The notes: generated by a model not told the origin, from the letters alone. A stretch of DNA of 64,000 nt from an uncultured Staphylococcaceae bacterium (GCA_964410505.1 CAYPGR010000001.1:2320-66319); one strand, 5' to 3'; positions 50,236-61,250 are shown, counted from the stretch's first letter. Numbers and translations are program-made.

Positions 50236-50891
50236 TATTTACTTACTCCATCAATAATTTTTTGAGCAGCTTTGAGTGATTTAGCGACGCCAGTGCCGCC
50301 ATCGATTTCATGGAGCAGACCTTTTGATAGATAGAAGTTTTCGAGTGGTTTAGTTTCATTGTTGTAATGTCCTAACCGCACAAGAAGACTTTCTTTGGTG
50401 TCATCTTTCCGTTGGAAGAGGTCACCGCCACACACATCACAAACGCCTTCAACTTTTGGTTTCATCGTTTCGACATGGTAGGGGGTGCCGCATTTACGGC
50501 AGACGCGACGGCCACTGATGCGGCGGACAAGTTCTTCTTCGGCACAACTAATATTGAGTACAACATTAATGGGACGGCCAAGATCATGACCAATCGTATC
50601 AAGGGCTTCGGCTTGTGGAAGCGTGCGTGGGAACCCATCAAGCAAGTAACCATTTGTACAGTCAGCTTGACTCAACCGTTCACGAACGAGACTAATGGTC
50701 ACTTCGTCAGGGACGAGGTGGCCTTCATTAATATAGCTCGCGGCTAAACGGCCAAGTGGTGTTCCTTCTTTGATTGCTTCACGGAACATATCACCGGTCG
50801 AGATATGAGGAATGTGATACAAACCAATTAATTGTTTCGCTAACGTTCCTTTACCCGCTCCGGGTGGTCCTAATAAGATAATATTGCACAT
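50235..50891 (-). CDS. adk: adenylate kinase (zinc-finger lid)
   Basis: GPPGAGKGT P-loop and CxxC...CxxC lid; 218 aa. Confidence 0.95.
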   Translation of the reverse strand: MCNIILLGPPGAGKGTLAKQLIGLYHIPHISTGDMFREAIKEGTPLGRLAASYINEGHLVPDEVTISLVRERLSQADCTNGYLLDGFPRTLPQAEALDTIGHDLGRPINVVLNISCAEEELVRRISGRRVCRKCGTPYHVETMKPKVEGVCDVCGGDLFQRKDDTKESLLVRLGHYNNETKPLENFYLSKGLLHEIDGGTGVAKSLKAAQKIIDGVSK

Positions 50892-50895
50892 CGTA

Positions 50896-52245
50896 TTAAC
50901 CTCCTAAGATGCTGCCTTGCTCTTCAAAAGAGCGACCAGCAAGTAAGCCATCGATTTGGCTATTTAATTCAATCGCAACCCCAACCACAATGATGAGTCC
51001 TGTGCCGCCTAAGGCTAAGCTTTGATCAGGAACAATCTTTAAGAGAACAAGGACGATTGGGAGTGCAGCAATAATCGATAAGCTCACCGCTCCGATTACC
51101 GTAATCCGATTTAATACTTTGGCAACATAACGTTCGGTTTCCGCACCAGGGCGGACCCCAGGAATATAACTGCCATTTTTTTGGAAGTTTTCCGCAAGTT
51201 TTTCCGGATTAATTTGTAGTTTCGCATAAAAGAATGCAAACACCACAATTAAGAAGAGATAGATGAGAAGGCCCCAAGGCATTTCCCATGTTTTGTCGTT
51301 AAACCACGGCATGGTCACAGTGTCCGATGAGTTAAAGATTTTTAACCATTGGGCATCAAGATTCGTTCCGCTAATAAACGAGGCAATAATCGACGGAGCC
51401 ATCATAATGCTTGAAGCAAAGATGACTGGGATAACGCCTGCGCTATTAATTTTAATCGGTAAAAAGCTTGCTTGGGCCATTTTCCGGGTGGAACCACTTT
51501 TCCCGGCATGTTGAACCGGAATTTTGCGTTTACTTGTTTCAATAAAGGTAATAAAACCAATAATGACTAAGAAACTAAGGACATAAACCCCAAATTGAAG
51601 GAGACCAATGAATAATTGTTCACTACCTTGGCCAACTTTATCACTTAACCAGTTACGGTAAGCGCCAATAATTTGGTTGGGAAGACTACTGACAATCCCG
51701 GCAAAGATAATCATACTAATGCCGTTACCGATCCCTTTACTACTAATTTGGTCACCAAGCCACATCACGAGCATCGTGCCCGCAAGCATGACGGTAATAA
51801 TGTAAGCGTAGGACCAGAAGTTTGATTGTTCAAGCGTAATATAGCTTTGATTTTCCATCGTGACGATGACCCCATAAGCTTGGACCGCCCCCAACATTAG
51901 GGTCAGGTAACGGTTTGTCATTTCCATCTTCTTCCGACCATAATCACCTTGATTGGCGAGGTCGGTTAAGGCGGGAAGGACGTCCATACTTAAGAGTTGA
52001 ACGATAATCGAAGCGGTAATGTACGGGCTCACCCCAAGGGCGAACACACTAAATTGTTGCAGTGTGCCCCCACCAAGGAGGTTCATAAGTCCGAAGGCAT
52101 CATTATTTTGGAAGCTAAAGTCGCTGAGCGTAACGCCAGGCACAGTAATCGCTGCACCAATTCGGAAGACAAACATAATCATGATCGTAAAGAAAATACG
52201 ATCAACAATCTCTTTATTCTTGAAAATTGCGGCGATCTTCCTCAT
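50896..52245 (-). CDS. secY: preprotein translocase subunit SecY
   Basis: 449 aa with 10 transmembrane helices; conserved SecY blocks. Confidence 0.96.
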   Translation of the reverse strand: MRKIAAIFKNKEIVDRIFFTIMIMFVFRIGAAITVPGVTLSDFSFQNNDAFGLMNLLGGGTLQQFSVFALGVSPYITASIIVQLLSMDVLPALTDLANQGDYGRKKMEMTNRYLTLMLGAVQAYGVIVTMENQSYITLEQSNFWSYAYIITVMLAGTMLVMWLGDQISSKGIGNGISMIIFAGIVSSLPNQIIGAYRNWLSDKVGQGSEQLFIGLLQFGVYVLSFLVIIGFITFIETSKRKIPVQHAGKSGSTRKMAQASFLPIKINSAGVIPVIFASSIMMAPSIIASFISGTNLDAQWLKIFNSSDTVTMPWFNDKTWEMPWGLLIYLFLIVVFAFFYAKLQINPEKLAENFQKNGSYIPGVRPGAETERYVAKVLNRITVIGAVSLSIIAALPIVLVLLKIVPDQSLALGGTGLIIVVGVAIELNSQIDGLLAGRSFEEQGSILGG

Positions 52246-52247
52246 CG

Positions 52248-52688
52248 TTAGATTACCTCAGCTTTTCCGCCTAGCTTAACAATTGCTTCACTTGCTGTTT
52301 GTGAAAATTTGTGGGCTTTAACGGTTAGTTTTTTACTTAGTTCACCGCGTGCTAAGACTTTCACGCCGTGGAGTTCTTTTCGGACAATGCCTTTTTCAAC
52401 AAGAAGCGTTGGTGTGACCACGGTTCCGTCTTCAAATACATTTAAGTCTTCTAAGTTAACAACTGCGTATTTAATGGTGTTGACGTTATTGAAGCCCCGT
52501 TTTGGAATACGGCGGTAAATGGGTAATTGACCACCTTCGAAACCGAGTCTTGTGCCGCCACCACTACGTGAGTTTTGACCTTTTTCACCTTTACCAGATG
52601 TTTTGCCAAGGCCAGAACCAGGTCCACGACCGACTCTCTTAGCGGTTTTTTTGGCTCCTGGTGTGTATGTTAGTTCATGTAATTTCAT
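52248..52688 (-). CDS. rplO: 50S ribosomal protein L15
   Basis: 146 aa; Gly-rich N-terminal region. Confidence 0.95.
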   Translation of the reverse strand: MKLHELTYTPGAKKTAKRVGRGPGSGLGKTSGKGEKGQNSRSGGGTRLGFEGGQLPIYRRIPKRGFNNVNTIKYAVVNLEDLNVFEDGTVVTPTLLVEKGIVRKELHGVKVLARGELSKKLTVKAHKFSQTASEAIVKLGGKAEVI

Positions 52689-52702
52689 AAGCTAATTCCT
52701 CC

Positions 52703-53329
52703 TTAAGCGCTTTCGCGAAGTCTTTTAACTTCGGCGGCGTTTTTAAGACCTTTAAGGCCTTTGTCAGTTGCTTTAAGGATGTTAAGTGGGGTCCGTGCAC
52801 CATATACTTTGGAGTAAACGTTACGAACACCAGCAAGTTCTAAAATCGCACGGACTGGTCCGCCAGCGATAACACCAGTACCTTCTGGGGCTGGTTTTAA
52901 GAACACGCTGCAAGCACCAAATTTACCAATTACTTCGTGAGCGATGGTATCACCTTTGACTAAATCAACGGTGAAGGTGTTTTTCTTGGCAACTTCAATT
53001 GCTTTTTTAATGGCATCCGGTACTTCTTGGGCTTTGGCATTGCCAAATCCGTATTTTCCTTTACCAAAGCCGATAACGACGATGGCGGTGAAACGTAAGC
53101 GACGTCCACCTTTGGTTGTTTTACTAACGCGGTTGATAGCAACGACGCGTTCTTCATATTCTTTTGGACGTGGGGCGTTACGGCGTGGACCGCGACCGCG
53201 AGGGCCGCCTTCCCGACGTTGGCCTCTTTGTTGTCCGCCGCGACGGGGTGCTTCTTGAGCAGGAGTGGCGACTTCAGCGACGACTTCTTCAGTTTCAACA
53301 ACTGGTTTATTCATTTCTTCCATTTTCAT
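52703..53329 (-). CDS. rpsE: 30S ribosomal protein S5 with an Arg/Gly-rich N-terminal extension of about 55 aa
   Basis: 208 aa. The conserved S5 core begins near [22 protein letters not shown], preceded by ...[27 protein letters not shown]. Confidence 0.93.
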   Translation of the reverse strand: MKMEEMNKPVVETEEVVAEVATPAQEAPRRGGQQRGQRREGGPRGRGPRRNAPRPKEYEERVVAINRVSKTTKGGRRLRFTAIVVIGFGKGKYGFGNAKAQEVPDAIKKAIEVAKKNTFTVDLVKGDTIAHEVIGKFGACSVFLKPAPEGTGVIAGGPVRAILELAGVRNVYSKVYGARTPLNILKATDKGLKGLKNAAEVKRLRESA

Positions 53330-53337
53330 TCTCCTCC

Positions 53338-53694
53338 TTAGAATTCTAACCCGGCTTTACGGGCGGCATCGGCTAAGGCTTGAATCCGACCATGGTAGAG
53401 ATAGCCACCGCGATCGAAGACGACCTTGGTAAATCCAAGTTTCTTGGCGATGTTACCGATTTCGGTACCAACCGCGATGGCCGCTTCAACATTGGCCCCT
53501 GGATTTAATTTGAGAGAGAGTGAACTTGCACTGGCAAGGGTCACACCCTTCACATCATCGATTAATTGTACACTTAAGTGTTTATTACTACGGAAGACAA
53601 CAAGCCGTGGAACTTCATGGGTACCGCTGATCTTGCGACGAATGCGATCATGACGACGTTTTCTAATAACGTTGCGTTTAATTTGTTTAACCAT
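53338..53694 (-). CDS. rplR: 50S ribosomal protein L18
   Basis: 118 aa. Confidence 0.95.
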   Translation of the reverse strand: MVKQIKRNVIRKRRHDRIRRKISGTHEVPRLVVFRSNKHLSVQLIDDVKGVTLASASSLSLKLNPGANVEAAIAVGTEIGNIAKKLGFTKVVFDRGGYLYHGRIQALADAARKAGLEF

Positions 53695-53706
53695 AAGTTT
53701 TCACCC

Positions 53707-54255
53707 TTATTTCTTAGCGCCTGCGCGCTTTCCTTCCTTACGAATAACTTTTTCATCACGGTATTTGATCCCTTTACCTTTATAAGGTTCTGGTTCTCTC
53801 ACCGCGCGAATGAGTGCTGCTGTTTGACCAACGGCATGCTTGTTAAAGCCGCTGACAACGACGGTCGTTGGGTTTTCCACTGAAATGGTCGCCCCTGGAT
53901 GTGGATCAATGATGGTGTCATGACTGTAGCCGACATCAAGGAGAATACTTTGGCCTTTCATGCTTGCGCGATACCCAATCCCGATGATGTCGAGTTTAAT
54001 GGTATAGCCTTCGCTAACACCAACAATGGCGTTATGGAGTAAGGCACGGACAGTACCGTGGTTTTGTTTTGTTTGTTTAATTTCGTTATCACGTTTGACA
54101 ACGATCACACCGGCTTCACTGGTGTCGACGCTGATATGTTGAGGAATAAACACATGGTTAGTGCCTTTTGGGCCTTTAACCGTAATGTCGTGACCTTTGA
54201 TATCAACTGTTACGCCACTTGGGACCGTAATAATTTTGTTACCAATTCTTGACAT
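53707..54255 (-). CDS. rplF: 50S ribosomal protein L6
   Basis: 182 aa; MSRIGNKIITVPSGV. Confidence 0.96.
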   Translation of the reverse strand: MSRIGNKIITVPSGVTVDIKGHDITVKGPKGTNHVFIPQHISVDTSEAGVIVVKRDNEIKQTKQNHGTVRALLHNAIVGVSEGYTIKLDIIGIGYRASMKGQSILLDVGYSHDTIIDPHPGATISVENPTTVVVSGFNKHAVGQTAALIRAVREPEPYKGKGIKYRDEKVIRKEGKRAGAKK

Positions 54256-54264
54256 AATTCCTCC

Positions 54265-54660
54265 TTACCACACGTAGGCGACGACTTCGCCACCAACGCC
54301 GAGGGCGCGGGCTTTCTTGTCCGTCACGATTCCTTGTGAAGTTGAGATAATCGCTATCCCTAATCCGCGTAAGACACGTGGTAATTTATCAGTTGTAGTG
54401 GTGACCCGTAATCCTGGTTTAGAAATCCGTTTTAAACCGGTAATTACTTTTTCACCTTTTGGTCCATATTTGAGGACCAAGGTTAAGACTTTCTTAACAT
54501 CGCCAGAAATGACGAAGTCACGAATGTAACCTTCTTCTTTTAAAATTTTAGCAATTTGAACTTTGGTTTTGCTGCTAGGCATTGCAACAGCGTCGTGGTT
54601 TAATGCATTTGCGTTACGAATTCTTGTAAGCATATCTGCAATTGGATCTGTCATACTCAT
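54265..54660 (-). CDS. rpsH: 30S ribosomal protein S8
   Basis: Start at [17 protein letters not shown] with a GGAGGAG ribosome-binding site; the ORF-track start at 54681 would overlap rpsN. Confidence 0.93.
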   Translation of the reverse strand: MSMTDPIADMLTRIRNANALNHDAVAMPSSKTKVQIAKILKEEGYIRDFVISGDVKKVLTLVLKYGPKGEKVITGLKRISKPGLRVTTTTDKLPRVLRGLGIAIISTSQGIVTDKKARALGVGGEVVAYVW

Positions 54661-54674
54661 GGTGTTGCTCCTCC

Positions 54675-54860
54675 TTACCAACTGGCCTTTTTCATGCCAG
54701 GAATTTCGCCTTTATAGGCAAGCTCGCGTAAGCAAATACGGCATACGCCAAACTTTTGATAGACACTATGTGGTCTACCACATCTTGCACATCGGGTGTA
54801 CGCTCTAACTTTGAATTTTGGCGTTCTTTTTTGTGCGACTATTTTACTAGTTTTTGCCAT
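54675..54860 (-). CDS. rpsN: 30S ribosomal protein S14, zinc-binding type Z
   Basis: 61 aa; CxxC...CxxC. Confidence 0.95.
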   Translation of the reverse strand: MAKTSKIVAQKRTPKFKVRAYTRCARCGRPHSVYQKFGVCRICLRELAYKGEIPGMKKASW

Positions 54861-54869
54861 ATTTCCTCC

Positions 54870-55640
54870 TTAGCGCGCAAACGGCATGCCGAGTAAGGTT
54901 AGAAGTTCTAACGCTTCAGCGTCCGTTTTAGCGGTTGTGACAATGACAATGTCCATGCCACGAATTTTATTAACGAGATCGAAGTCGATTTCAGCGAAGA
55001 TTAATTGTTCTTTCACGCCTAAGGTGTAGTTGCCGTGCCCGTCGAATGAGTTTTTGCTCACACCGCGGAAGTCACGCACCCGTGGGAGGGCAATACTGAC
55101 TAATTTTTCGAAGAAGTCGTACATTCTTTCGCCTCTTAGGTCAACTTTACAACCGATCGCTTGACCTTCACGAAGTTTGAAGCTTGCTTCACTCTTCTTT
55201 GCAATGGTTACGACTGGTTTTTGACCCGCAATAAGGGTTAATTCTTTGACCGCTTCTTCAAGTAATTTAGCATTACTTGTGGCATCACCGACACCCATAT
55301 TGATAACGATTTTGTTAAGTTTTGGAACTTGCATGGTTGATGTGTATTTGAATTTTTCCATTAAAGCTTTGATTGCAACTTCTTTATATTGTTTAACAAC
55401 ACGGTTGTTGCTTTCTTTTGCGACAGCTTTAACGACTTCCTTTACATCTTTTTTAGCAGCTTTTGGGGCCGCTTCTGCTTTTTCCACTTTTACTTTTTCA
55501 ACTTTTGCTTTTTCTGCTTTTGGAGCGACTTCTTTTTTAGGAGCTGCTTCCTTTTTGACACTTTCTTTTTTGACGGCAGTTTTCGGTGCTACTTCAGCAT
55601 CGCTTTTTGCAACTGTCTTTTTTGCTTTTTCTTCAGCCAT
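54870..55640 (-). CDS. rplE: 50S ribosomal protein L5 with a Lys/Ala/Glu-rich N-terminal extension of about 75 aa
   Basis: 256 aa. The canonical L5 core begins near [10 protein letters not shown]. The only in-frame start with a ribosome-binding site (GGAGGTG) is at 55640, so the extension is translated. Confidence 0.92.
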   Translation of the reverse strand: MAEEKAKKTVAKSDAEVAPKTAVKKESVKKEAAPKKEVAPKAEKAKVEKVKVEKAEAAPKAAKKDVKEVVKAVAKESNNRVVKQYKEVAIKALMEKFKYTSTMQVPKLNKIVINMGVGDATSNAKLLEEAVKELTLIAGQKPVVTIAKKSEASFKLREGQAIGCKVDLRGERMYDFFEKLVSIALPRVRDFRGVSKNSFDGHGNYTLGVKEQLIFAEIDFDLVNKIRGMDIVIVTTAKTDAEALELLTLLGMPFAR

Positions 55641-55650
55641 GGTGCACCTC

Positions 55651-55959
55651 CTACTTAATCACTTCGCCAGATTTTTTGGCGTAGCGAACTTTTTTGCCTT
55701 TCACTTCTTTAATTCCAACTCTAGTTGCCTTCTTGGTTTTAGGATCGATGAGGGCGACGTTACTGACGTGTACCGGCGCATAGACATCGATGATACTACC
55801 TTCTGGATTTTGTTGGGTTGGTTTCCGGTGTTTTTTCTTAATATTAATCCCTTCAACCACGACTTTTTCTAATTTTGGATATGCCCGTTGGACAATGCCG
55901 GTTTTACCTTTGTCAGCGCCCGTGATGACGATGACTTTATCACCTTTTTTAATTAACAT
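55651..55959 (-). CDS. rplX: 50S ribosomal protein L24
   Basis: 102 aa; KOW motif. Confidence 0.95.
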   Translation of the reverse strand: MLIKKGDKVIVITGADKGKTGIVQRAYPKLEKVVVEGINIKKKHRKPTQQNPEGSIIDVYAPVHVSNVALIDPKTKKATRVGIKEVKGKKVRYAKKSGEVIK

Positions 55960-55971
55960 ACTGGGTGCCTC

Positions 55972-56346
55972 CTATAAGACTTCCGGTGCCAAGGACACAA
56001 TCTTCATTGCGCCTTCACCTTTTTCGCGTAATTCACGTGCGACGGGGCCGAAGACCCGGGTGCCGACCATATTACCATCGTTATTGACAATGACGACGGC
56101 GTTATCATCGAAACTAATTTTTGACCCATCGGGGCGTAAGACGCCTTTTTTGGTCCGGACGATAATGGCTTTGGCCATGTCGCCTTTTTTAACTTTTGAG
56201 TTTGGGGTTGCTTGTTTGATTGCAATAAGGACGAGATCGCCAATATTACTGCTTAAGCGGACGCTACCGCCGTAGAGGCGAATGACACGACCCATTTTAG
56301 CACCAGAGTTATCAGCAACGACAACGTTTGTTTCTACTTGAATCAT
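55972..56346 (-). CDS. rplN: 50S ribosomal protein L14
   Basis: 124 aa; [17 protein letters not shown]. Confidence 0.96.
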   Translation of the reverse strand: MIQVETNVVVADNSGAKMGRVIRLYGGSVRLSSNIGDLVLIAIKQATPNSKVKKGDMAKAIIVRTKKGVLRPDGSKISFDDNAVVIVNNDGNMVGTRVFGPVARELREKGEGAMKIVSLAPEVL

Positions 56347-56348
56347 AA

Positions 56349-56651
56349 CTATTCCTCCTTGGCTGTTTCTTCTTGAATGTCTTCAAGCGTCTTTTCCGCA
56401 AGGGCGAGAACTTCGACTAAGCGCCATCTTTTGGTAGCACTTAATGGACGGCTGGCCATGATGCGAACGACATCCCCTTCTTTTGCAAGATTGGTTTCGT
56501 CGTGTGCATAATATTTTTTACGATATTTGACGCGTTTGCCATATTTTGGGTGGCGTTTATAAGTTTCGACTAAGACGGTAATCGTTTTATCCATTTTTGC
56601 GCTAATGACCACACCGTCGAAGGTTGATCTTGCTTTTCTATTCGTTTCCAT
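56349..56651 (-). CDS. rpsQ: 30S ribosomal protein S17
   Basis: 100 aa. Confidence 0.95.
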   Translation of the reverse strand: METNRKARSTFDGVVISAKMDKTITVLVETYKRHPKYGKRVKYRKKYYAHDETNLAKEGDVVRIMASRPLSATKRWRLVEVLALAEKTLEDIQEETAKEE

Positions 56652-56665
56652 GTACTTAGTGCTCC

Positions 56666-56863
56666 TTATTTAATGCCAAGTTCACGTTCGCGTAAGACGG
56701 TATAGACTTTAGCGATATCTTTGCGAACTTTACTGATTTGGTTGCCATTTTCGAGTTGGCCAACTGCTTGTTTGCGGCGGAGGTGGAATAACTCTTCTTT
56801 TAAAGCGTACACTTTATCATTAAGTTCACCCACGCTTAGCGCGCGAATATCTTTAATCTTCAT
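56666..56863 (-). CDS. rpmC: 50S ribosomal protein L29
   Basis: 65 aa. Confidence 0.93.
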   Translation of the reverse strand: MKIKDIRALSVGELNDKVYALKEELFHLRRKQAVGQLENGNQISKVRKDIAKVYTVLRERELGIK

Positions 56864-56865
56864 GT

Positions 56866-57282
56866 TTATTCCTCCTTACCTTTCATGACGACACGTGTTT
56901 TGATCGGGAGTTTGAAGCCAGCAAGGCGAAGCGCTTCGCGGGCAATTTCTTCTTTAACGCCACCGATTTCAAATAAGACACGATTTTTCTTAACGACGGC
57001 AACCCAATCTTCTGGATTCCCTTTACCAGAACCCATCCGGACTTCGGCTGGTTTCTTTGTTTTTGCGAGGTGTGGATAAATTCTGATCCAGATTTTACCC
57101 GCCCGTTTGGTGTAACCGGCAAGCACAATACGCGCACTTTCGATTTGGCGGTTTGTGATGTAGGCACCTTCTAACGCTTGTAAGCCAAATTCACCGAAGT
57201 CGACATTCGCGCCGCCTTTGGTTAATCCTTCATAGCTTAAGCGTTGGGGACGACGATATTTGGTACGTTTTGGTTGTAACAT
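56866..57282 (-). CDS. rplP: 50S ribosomal protein L16
   Basis: 138 aa; [11 protein letters not shown]. Confidence 0.96.
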   Translation of the reverse strand: MLQPKRTKYRRPQRLSYEGLTKGGANVDFGEFGLQALEGAYITNRQIESARIVLAGYTKRAGKIWIRIYPHLAKTKKPAEVRMGSGKGNPEDWVAVVKKNRVLFEIGGVKEEIAREALRLAGFKLPIKTRVVMKGKEE

Positions 57283-57950
57283 TATTTATCTCCCCCTTGT
57301 TTATTTAAGTCATATTCACCGCGGCAGATCCAGACTTTGACCCCTAAACGGCCATAAGTGGTGTGGGCTTCTGCGTGAGCGTAATCAATATCACTACGTA
57401 AGGTATGAAGTGGCACAATGCCATCTTTATAACCTTCGCGACGAGCAATTTCCGCACCATTTAAGCGACCGCCAATTAAGGTTTTAATCCCTTTGGCGCC
57501 AGCTTTACGAACGCGTTGGATCGTTTTCTTTTGGACGATACGGAAGGAGCCTCTTTGTTCTAATTGACGGGCAATATCTTGCGCGACAAGGCTGGCATTG
57601 AGGTCAGGATTTTTCACTTCAACAACGTTGAGTTTAAGATCGCCGGACTTCACGATTTTTGCTAACCGAGCAGTGAGGGCTTTAATTTTGTCACCTTGTT
57701 GGCCAATAACGACACCAACGCGGGCAACGTGCACGCTGACAATGACACTGTATCCACTTTCGAAAGTGTTAACACGGTCAATCTCAACGTGTGATAAGAG
57801 TGCCTCTTTAAGTTCGCCGGTGAGGAACTCACGGATGGCGATGTCTTCTTGAAGGAAAGCAGCGAAATCTTTATTTTTGGCAAACCAACGGCTGTTCCAA
57901 TTACGGTAGATCCCGTATCTTAGGCCATTTGGATTAACTTTTTGTCCCAT
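57282..57950 (-). CDS. rpsC: 30S ribosomal protein S3
   Basis: 222 aa; [11 protein letters not shown]. Confidence 0.96.
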   Translation of the reverse strand: MGQKVNPNGLRYGIYRNWNSRWFAKNKDFAAFLQEDIAIREFLTGELKEALLSHVEIDRVNTFESGYSVIVSVHVARVGVVIGQQGDKIKALTARLAKIVKSGDLKLNVVEVKNPDLNASLVAQDIARQLEQRGSFRIVQKKTIQRVRKAGAKGIKTLIGGRLNGAEIARREGYKDGIVPLHTLRSDIDYAHAEAHTTYGRLGVKVWICRGEYDLNKQGGDK

Positions 57951-57963
57951 TACTATTCCTCCT

Positions 57964-58377
57964 TTACACGCTTTCTTTTACTTTGACGATGATGGTGCTC
58001 GTCCGTTTGATAATTCCGGCCGCACTCCCTTTAGCGCGTGGACGGAACCGTTTCATCTTGATGGAGTCATTGATTTGAAGTTCGCTAATGACGAGGCCTT
58101 CTTCTTTGAATCCGTGGTTATTGATGGCGTTAGCGGCCGCACTTTGAATGGTTTTACGAAGTGGGACACTGGCTGCCTTATTAAGGTTAAGTAATAAAGC
58201 AACGGCATCACTAACTTTTTTACCCCGGACGAGGTCCGCGACTAAGCGCATCTTCCGTGGGGTAACACCGACGCTACGACTAATGGCGTGGGCTTCGGTG
58301 ACGACTGGTTTTTCTTTCACTGGTTTTGGTGCTTCGACCTTTTTTTCAGTGGTTTTTGGTTTTGTTACTCTTGCCAT
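57964..58377 (-). CDS. rplV: 50S ribosomal protein L22 with a Lys/Pro-rich N-terminal extension of about 25 aa
   Basis: 137 aa. Confidence 0.93.
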   Translation of the reverse strand: MARVTKPKTTEKKVEAPKPVKEKPVVTEAHAISRSVGVTPRKMRLVADLVRGKKVSDAVALLLNLNKAASVPLRKTIQSAAANAINNHGFKEEGLVISELQINDSIKMKRFRPRAKGSAAGIIKRTSTIIVKVKESV

Positions 58378-58384
58378 AATCTAC

Positions 58385-58684
58385 CTACCGTTTCTTTTGA
58401 GCCGCAGCTGCTTTATCTTCTGCAGTGTGACCGGTGTGGCCTTTATAGCTACGTGTTGGTGAGAACTCACCAAGTTTGTGGCCGACCATATCTTCAGTCA
58501 CATACACAGTAATGTGTTCCTTGCCGTTATACACTGCGAAGGTGTGACCGACGAAGGATGGGAAGATGGTGGATCTGCGTGACCAAGTTTTAAGAATTTG
58601 TTTTTTGTTAACTTTATTAAGCTCGTCCACTTTTTTTAAGACATATTCATCTGCGAATGGACCTTTTTTCAAACTTCTTGCCAT
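58385..58684 (-). CDS. rpsS: 30S ribosomal protein S19
   Basis: 99 aa; [10 protein letters not shown]. Confidence 0.96.
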   Translation of the reverse strand: MARSLKKGPFADEYVLKKVDELNKVNKKQILKTWSRRSTIFPSFVGHTFAVYNGKEHITVYVTEDMVGHKLGEFSPTRSYKGHTGHTAEDKAAAAQKKR

Positions 58685-58697
58685 ATTTCCTCACTCC

Positions 58698-59531
58698 TTA
58701 TTTTTGTTTACGACGGCGAATAATTAATTGCGTCGATTTCTTTTTTGTTTTCCGGGTTTTTACACCAAGAGCACGTTTACCCCATGGGGTGCGTGGTGCG
58801 TCTTTCCCGATTGGTGATTTTCCTTCACCACCACCGTGTGGGTGATCAACTGGGTTCATTACTGAGCCGCGAACAGTAGGACGAATGCCTTTCCAACGGC
58901 TTTTACCAGCTTTTCCTAAGTTGATTAAGTTGAAGTCTTCATTTCCAACGGCACCGATGGTCGCGCGACATGTAAGTAAGATTTTACGTACTTCGCCTGA
59001 TTGGAGCCGTAAGATTGCATATTTTCCTTCCCGTCCTAATACTTGAACACTCGTACCGGCGGCGCGGGCGATTTGCCCACCTTTACCAGGCGCTAGTTCG
59101 ACGTTATGAACGACGGTACCTTCGGGAATGTTTTGAAGTGGCATTGCGTTTCCGATTTGAATGTCAACATTTTCACCAGAGACGATTTTAGCGCCTACTT
59201 CTAAGTTTTGGGGGTGTAAGATGTAGCGCTTCTCGCCATCTACATAATGGATGAGGGCGATGTTTGCGTTGCGGTTTGGATCGTATTCAATTGCGGCGAC
59301 CCGGCCTTCAACGCCGTCTTTATTACGTTTGAAGTCGATAATGCGGTATTTACGTTTGTGACCACCACCGATATGGCGGGTTGTAATTTTCCCCATGTTA
59401 TTGCGACCACCACTTTTCTTAAGTTCGACTACGAGACTTTTTTCGGGGGTCGTTTTTGTAATTTGTTCAAACGTTGAGTTGGTCATACCCCGACGTGAGG
59501 GAGTTGTCGGTTTATATTTTCTAATTGCCAT
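58698..59531 (-). CDS. rplB: 50S ribosomal protein L2
   Basis: 277 aa; [14 protein letters not shown]. Confidence 0.97.
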   Translation of the reverse strand: MAIRKYKPTTPSRRGMTNSTFEQITKTTPEKSLVVELKKSGGRNNMGKITTRHIGGGHKRKYRIIDFKRNKDGVEGRVAAIEYDPNRNANIALIHYVDGEKRYILHPQNLEVGAKIVSGENVDIQIGNAMPLQNIPEGTVVHNVELAPGKGGQIARAAGTSVQVLGREGKYAILRLQSGEVRKILLTCRATIGAVGNEDFNLINLGKAGKSRWKGIRPTVRGSVMNPVDHPHGGGEGKSPIGKDAPRTPWGKRALGVKTRKTKKKSTQLIIRRRKQK

Positions 59532-59550
59532 AATGTTTCTCCTCTCGCCG

Positions 59551-59898
59551 TTATTCTTTGAAGAGGTCGATTGCTTGACCTTCTTTTACTGTGACAATTG
59601 CTTTTTTGACCGCTGGGGTTGTACCTTGGTAACGACCACCGCGGCGGGTTTTCTTTGGTAAGGTGTTAATAATCTTAACATCGACAACCGCAACACCGAA
59701 GACGGCTTCGAAGGCGTCTTTGATGGTTTCTTTGTTCGCATCTTTTGCAACTTCAATCGTCACTTTATTTTGGTCTTGCATTAAGGCCATTGATTTTTCA
59801 GTGATGATTGGTTTGACGATCAAATCAAATTGTTGGATGGTTGCTTTTTTAACAACAACTTTTTCTTCAGCTTTTTTGCTTGGTTTTTTGGCTGCCAT
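59551..59898 (-). CDS. rplW: 50S ribosomal protein L23 with a basic N-terminal extension of about 20 aa
   Basis: 115 aa. Confidence 0.92.
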   Translation of the reverse strand: MAAKKPSKKAEEKVVVKKATIQQFDLIVKPIITEKSMALMQDQNKVTIEVAKDANKETIKDAFEAVFGVAVVDVKIINTLPKKTRRGGRYQGTTPAVKKAIVTVKEGQAIDLFKE

Positions 59899-60542
59899 TA
59901 TTCAAGTCCTCCTACATACGCAACAAGGGTTGCTTTTTCGATTACAATTTGATCAGCATTTAAGATGTCATAGACCGCAACATTATCTTGAGCGACGCTT
60001 TGAACGTTGCATAAGTTTTGGGTTGCGAGTAATAAGTTTTTGTTATCGTCATTAATTAAGAGCACTTTGCCAGTTGCACCGATGGCTTTAAGTAAGTTAT
60101 CGGCGGCTTTGGTTTTGCTTTCAATTTCGATCGTGTCTTCAACAATGATGAAGGCTTTATCTCTGACTTTGATGGATAAGGCACTCTTTAAGGCTAAAGC
60201 GTGTGCTTTTTTATTCATCGATAATTTGTAGTTTTGTTCTCCGGTTGGTCCGAAGACAACGCCGCCGCCAACCCAGATTGGGGAACGGCTACTACCAGCG
60301 CGAGCGCGTCCGGTACCTTTTTGTCTCCATGGTTTCTTACCACCACCCCTCACTTCTGAACGATCTTTCGTTTTCGCAGTTGCTTGACGACGGTTGGATA
60401 AGTAGGTGGTGACAGCTTGGTGTAAGACGTCTTCGTGAACATCAACACCGAAGATTTCGCCAGCAAGTTTCATCGTGCCAACTTTTTCGCCTTTGACGTT
60501 TACAACCGGATATGAGATTGCTTTAATTTTTTCGTTTGCCAT
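59898..60542 (-). CDS. rplD: 50S ribosomal protein L4
   Basis: 214 aa. Confidence 0.95.
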   Translation of the reverse strand: MANEKIKAISYPVVNVKGEKVGTMKLAGEIFGVDVHEDVLHQAVTTYLSNRRQATAKTKDRSEVRGGGKKPWRQKGTGRARAGSSRSPIWVGGGVVFGPTGEQNYKLSMNKKAHALALKSALSIKVRDKAFIIVEDTIEIESKTKAADNLLKAIGATGKVLLINDDNKNLLLATQNLCNVQSVAQDNVAVYDILNADQIVIEKATLVAYVGGLE

Positions 60543-60558
60543 TACAGTCTCCTCCGTT

Positions 60559-61239
60559 CTATTCTTCTACTTGAGTGCGGTTAAGGAGTTTCTTCACGGT
60601 TCTTGTCCGTAATTGTTCTTTGACTGCACTTCTAATTTTGACAATTGAGTATTTTGGTCCAGGGACCGCGCCTTTCACGAGAATGGCGTTCTTTTCTGGT
60701 AAGACTTCAACGACTTGTAAGTTCAAGATGGTAACTTGTTCATTACCCATGTGACCCGCCATTTTTTTACCAGGAACAACCCGTTGGATACGACCGACGT
60801 TAGCCATTGAGCCAACACCGCGGTGGTAACCAGAACCATGTGATTTTGGTCCGATTTTGTAATTGTGGCGTTTGACTGGGCCTGCGAACCCTTTGCCTTT
60901 GCTTGTGCCTGTGACGTCAATCATGTCACCAGCGGCGAAGATATCGAGCTTGATTTCACTTCCAACCGCATAACCTAACATTTCGTCTGCTTTAAGTTCA
61001 TGTAGTTCATACTTAGGGGTGACACCAGCTTTTTCATAAATGCCTTTGAGTGGTTTGTTTACCCGACTTGCTTTTTTGTCTTCGTAGCCAACTTGAATGG
61101 CGGCGTAGCCATCTTTTTCCACCGTTTTCACTTGGGTGACAACGTTTGGTAAGACTTCGACGACAGTCACTGGGTAGATTGAGCCATCTTCAGCGAATAC
61201 TTGGGTCATGCCAATTTTGCGACCAATAATTGCTTTCAT
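60559..61239 (-). CDS. rplC: 50S ribosomal protein L3
   Basis: 226 aa; MKAIIGRKIGMTQVF. Confidence 0.96.
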   Translation of the reverse strand: MKAIIGRKIGMTQVFAEDGSIYPVTVVEVLPNVVTQVKTVEKDGYAAIQVGYEDKKASRVNKPLKGIYEKAGVTPKYELHELKADEMLGYAVGSEIKLDIFAAGDMIDVTGTSKGKGFAGPVKRHNYKIGPKSHGSGYHRGVGSMANVGRIQRVVPGKKMAGHMGNEQVTILNLQVVEVLPEKNAILVKGAVPGPKYSIVKIRSAVKEQLRTRTVKKLLNRTQVEE

Positions 61240-61250
61240 TTTTCTACCTC

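Noticed and set aside
55246-55872. 208-aa plus-strand ORF, the largest plus-strand ORF in the track
   Set aside because: It lies entirely antisense to rplE/rplX. Its low-complexity F/S/A-rich translation is the mirror of the Lys/Ala-rich L5 tail on the other strand. No ribosome-binding site.
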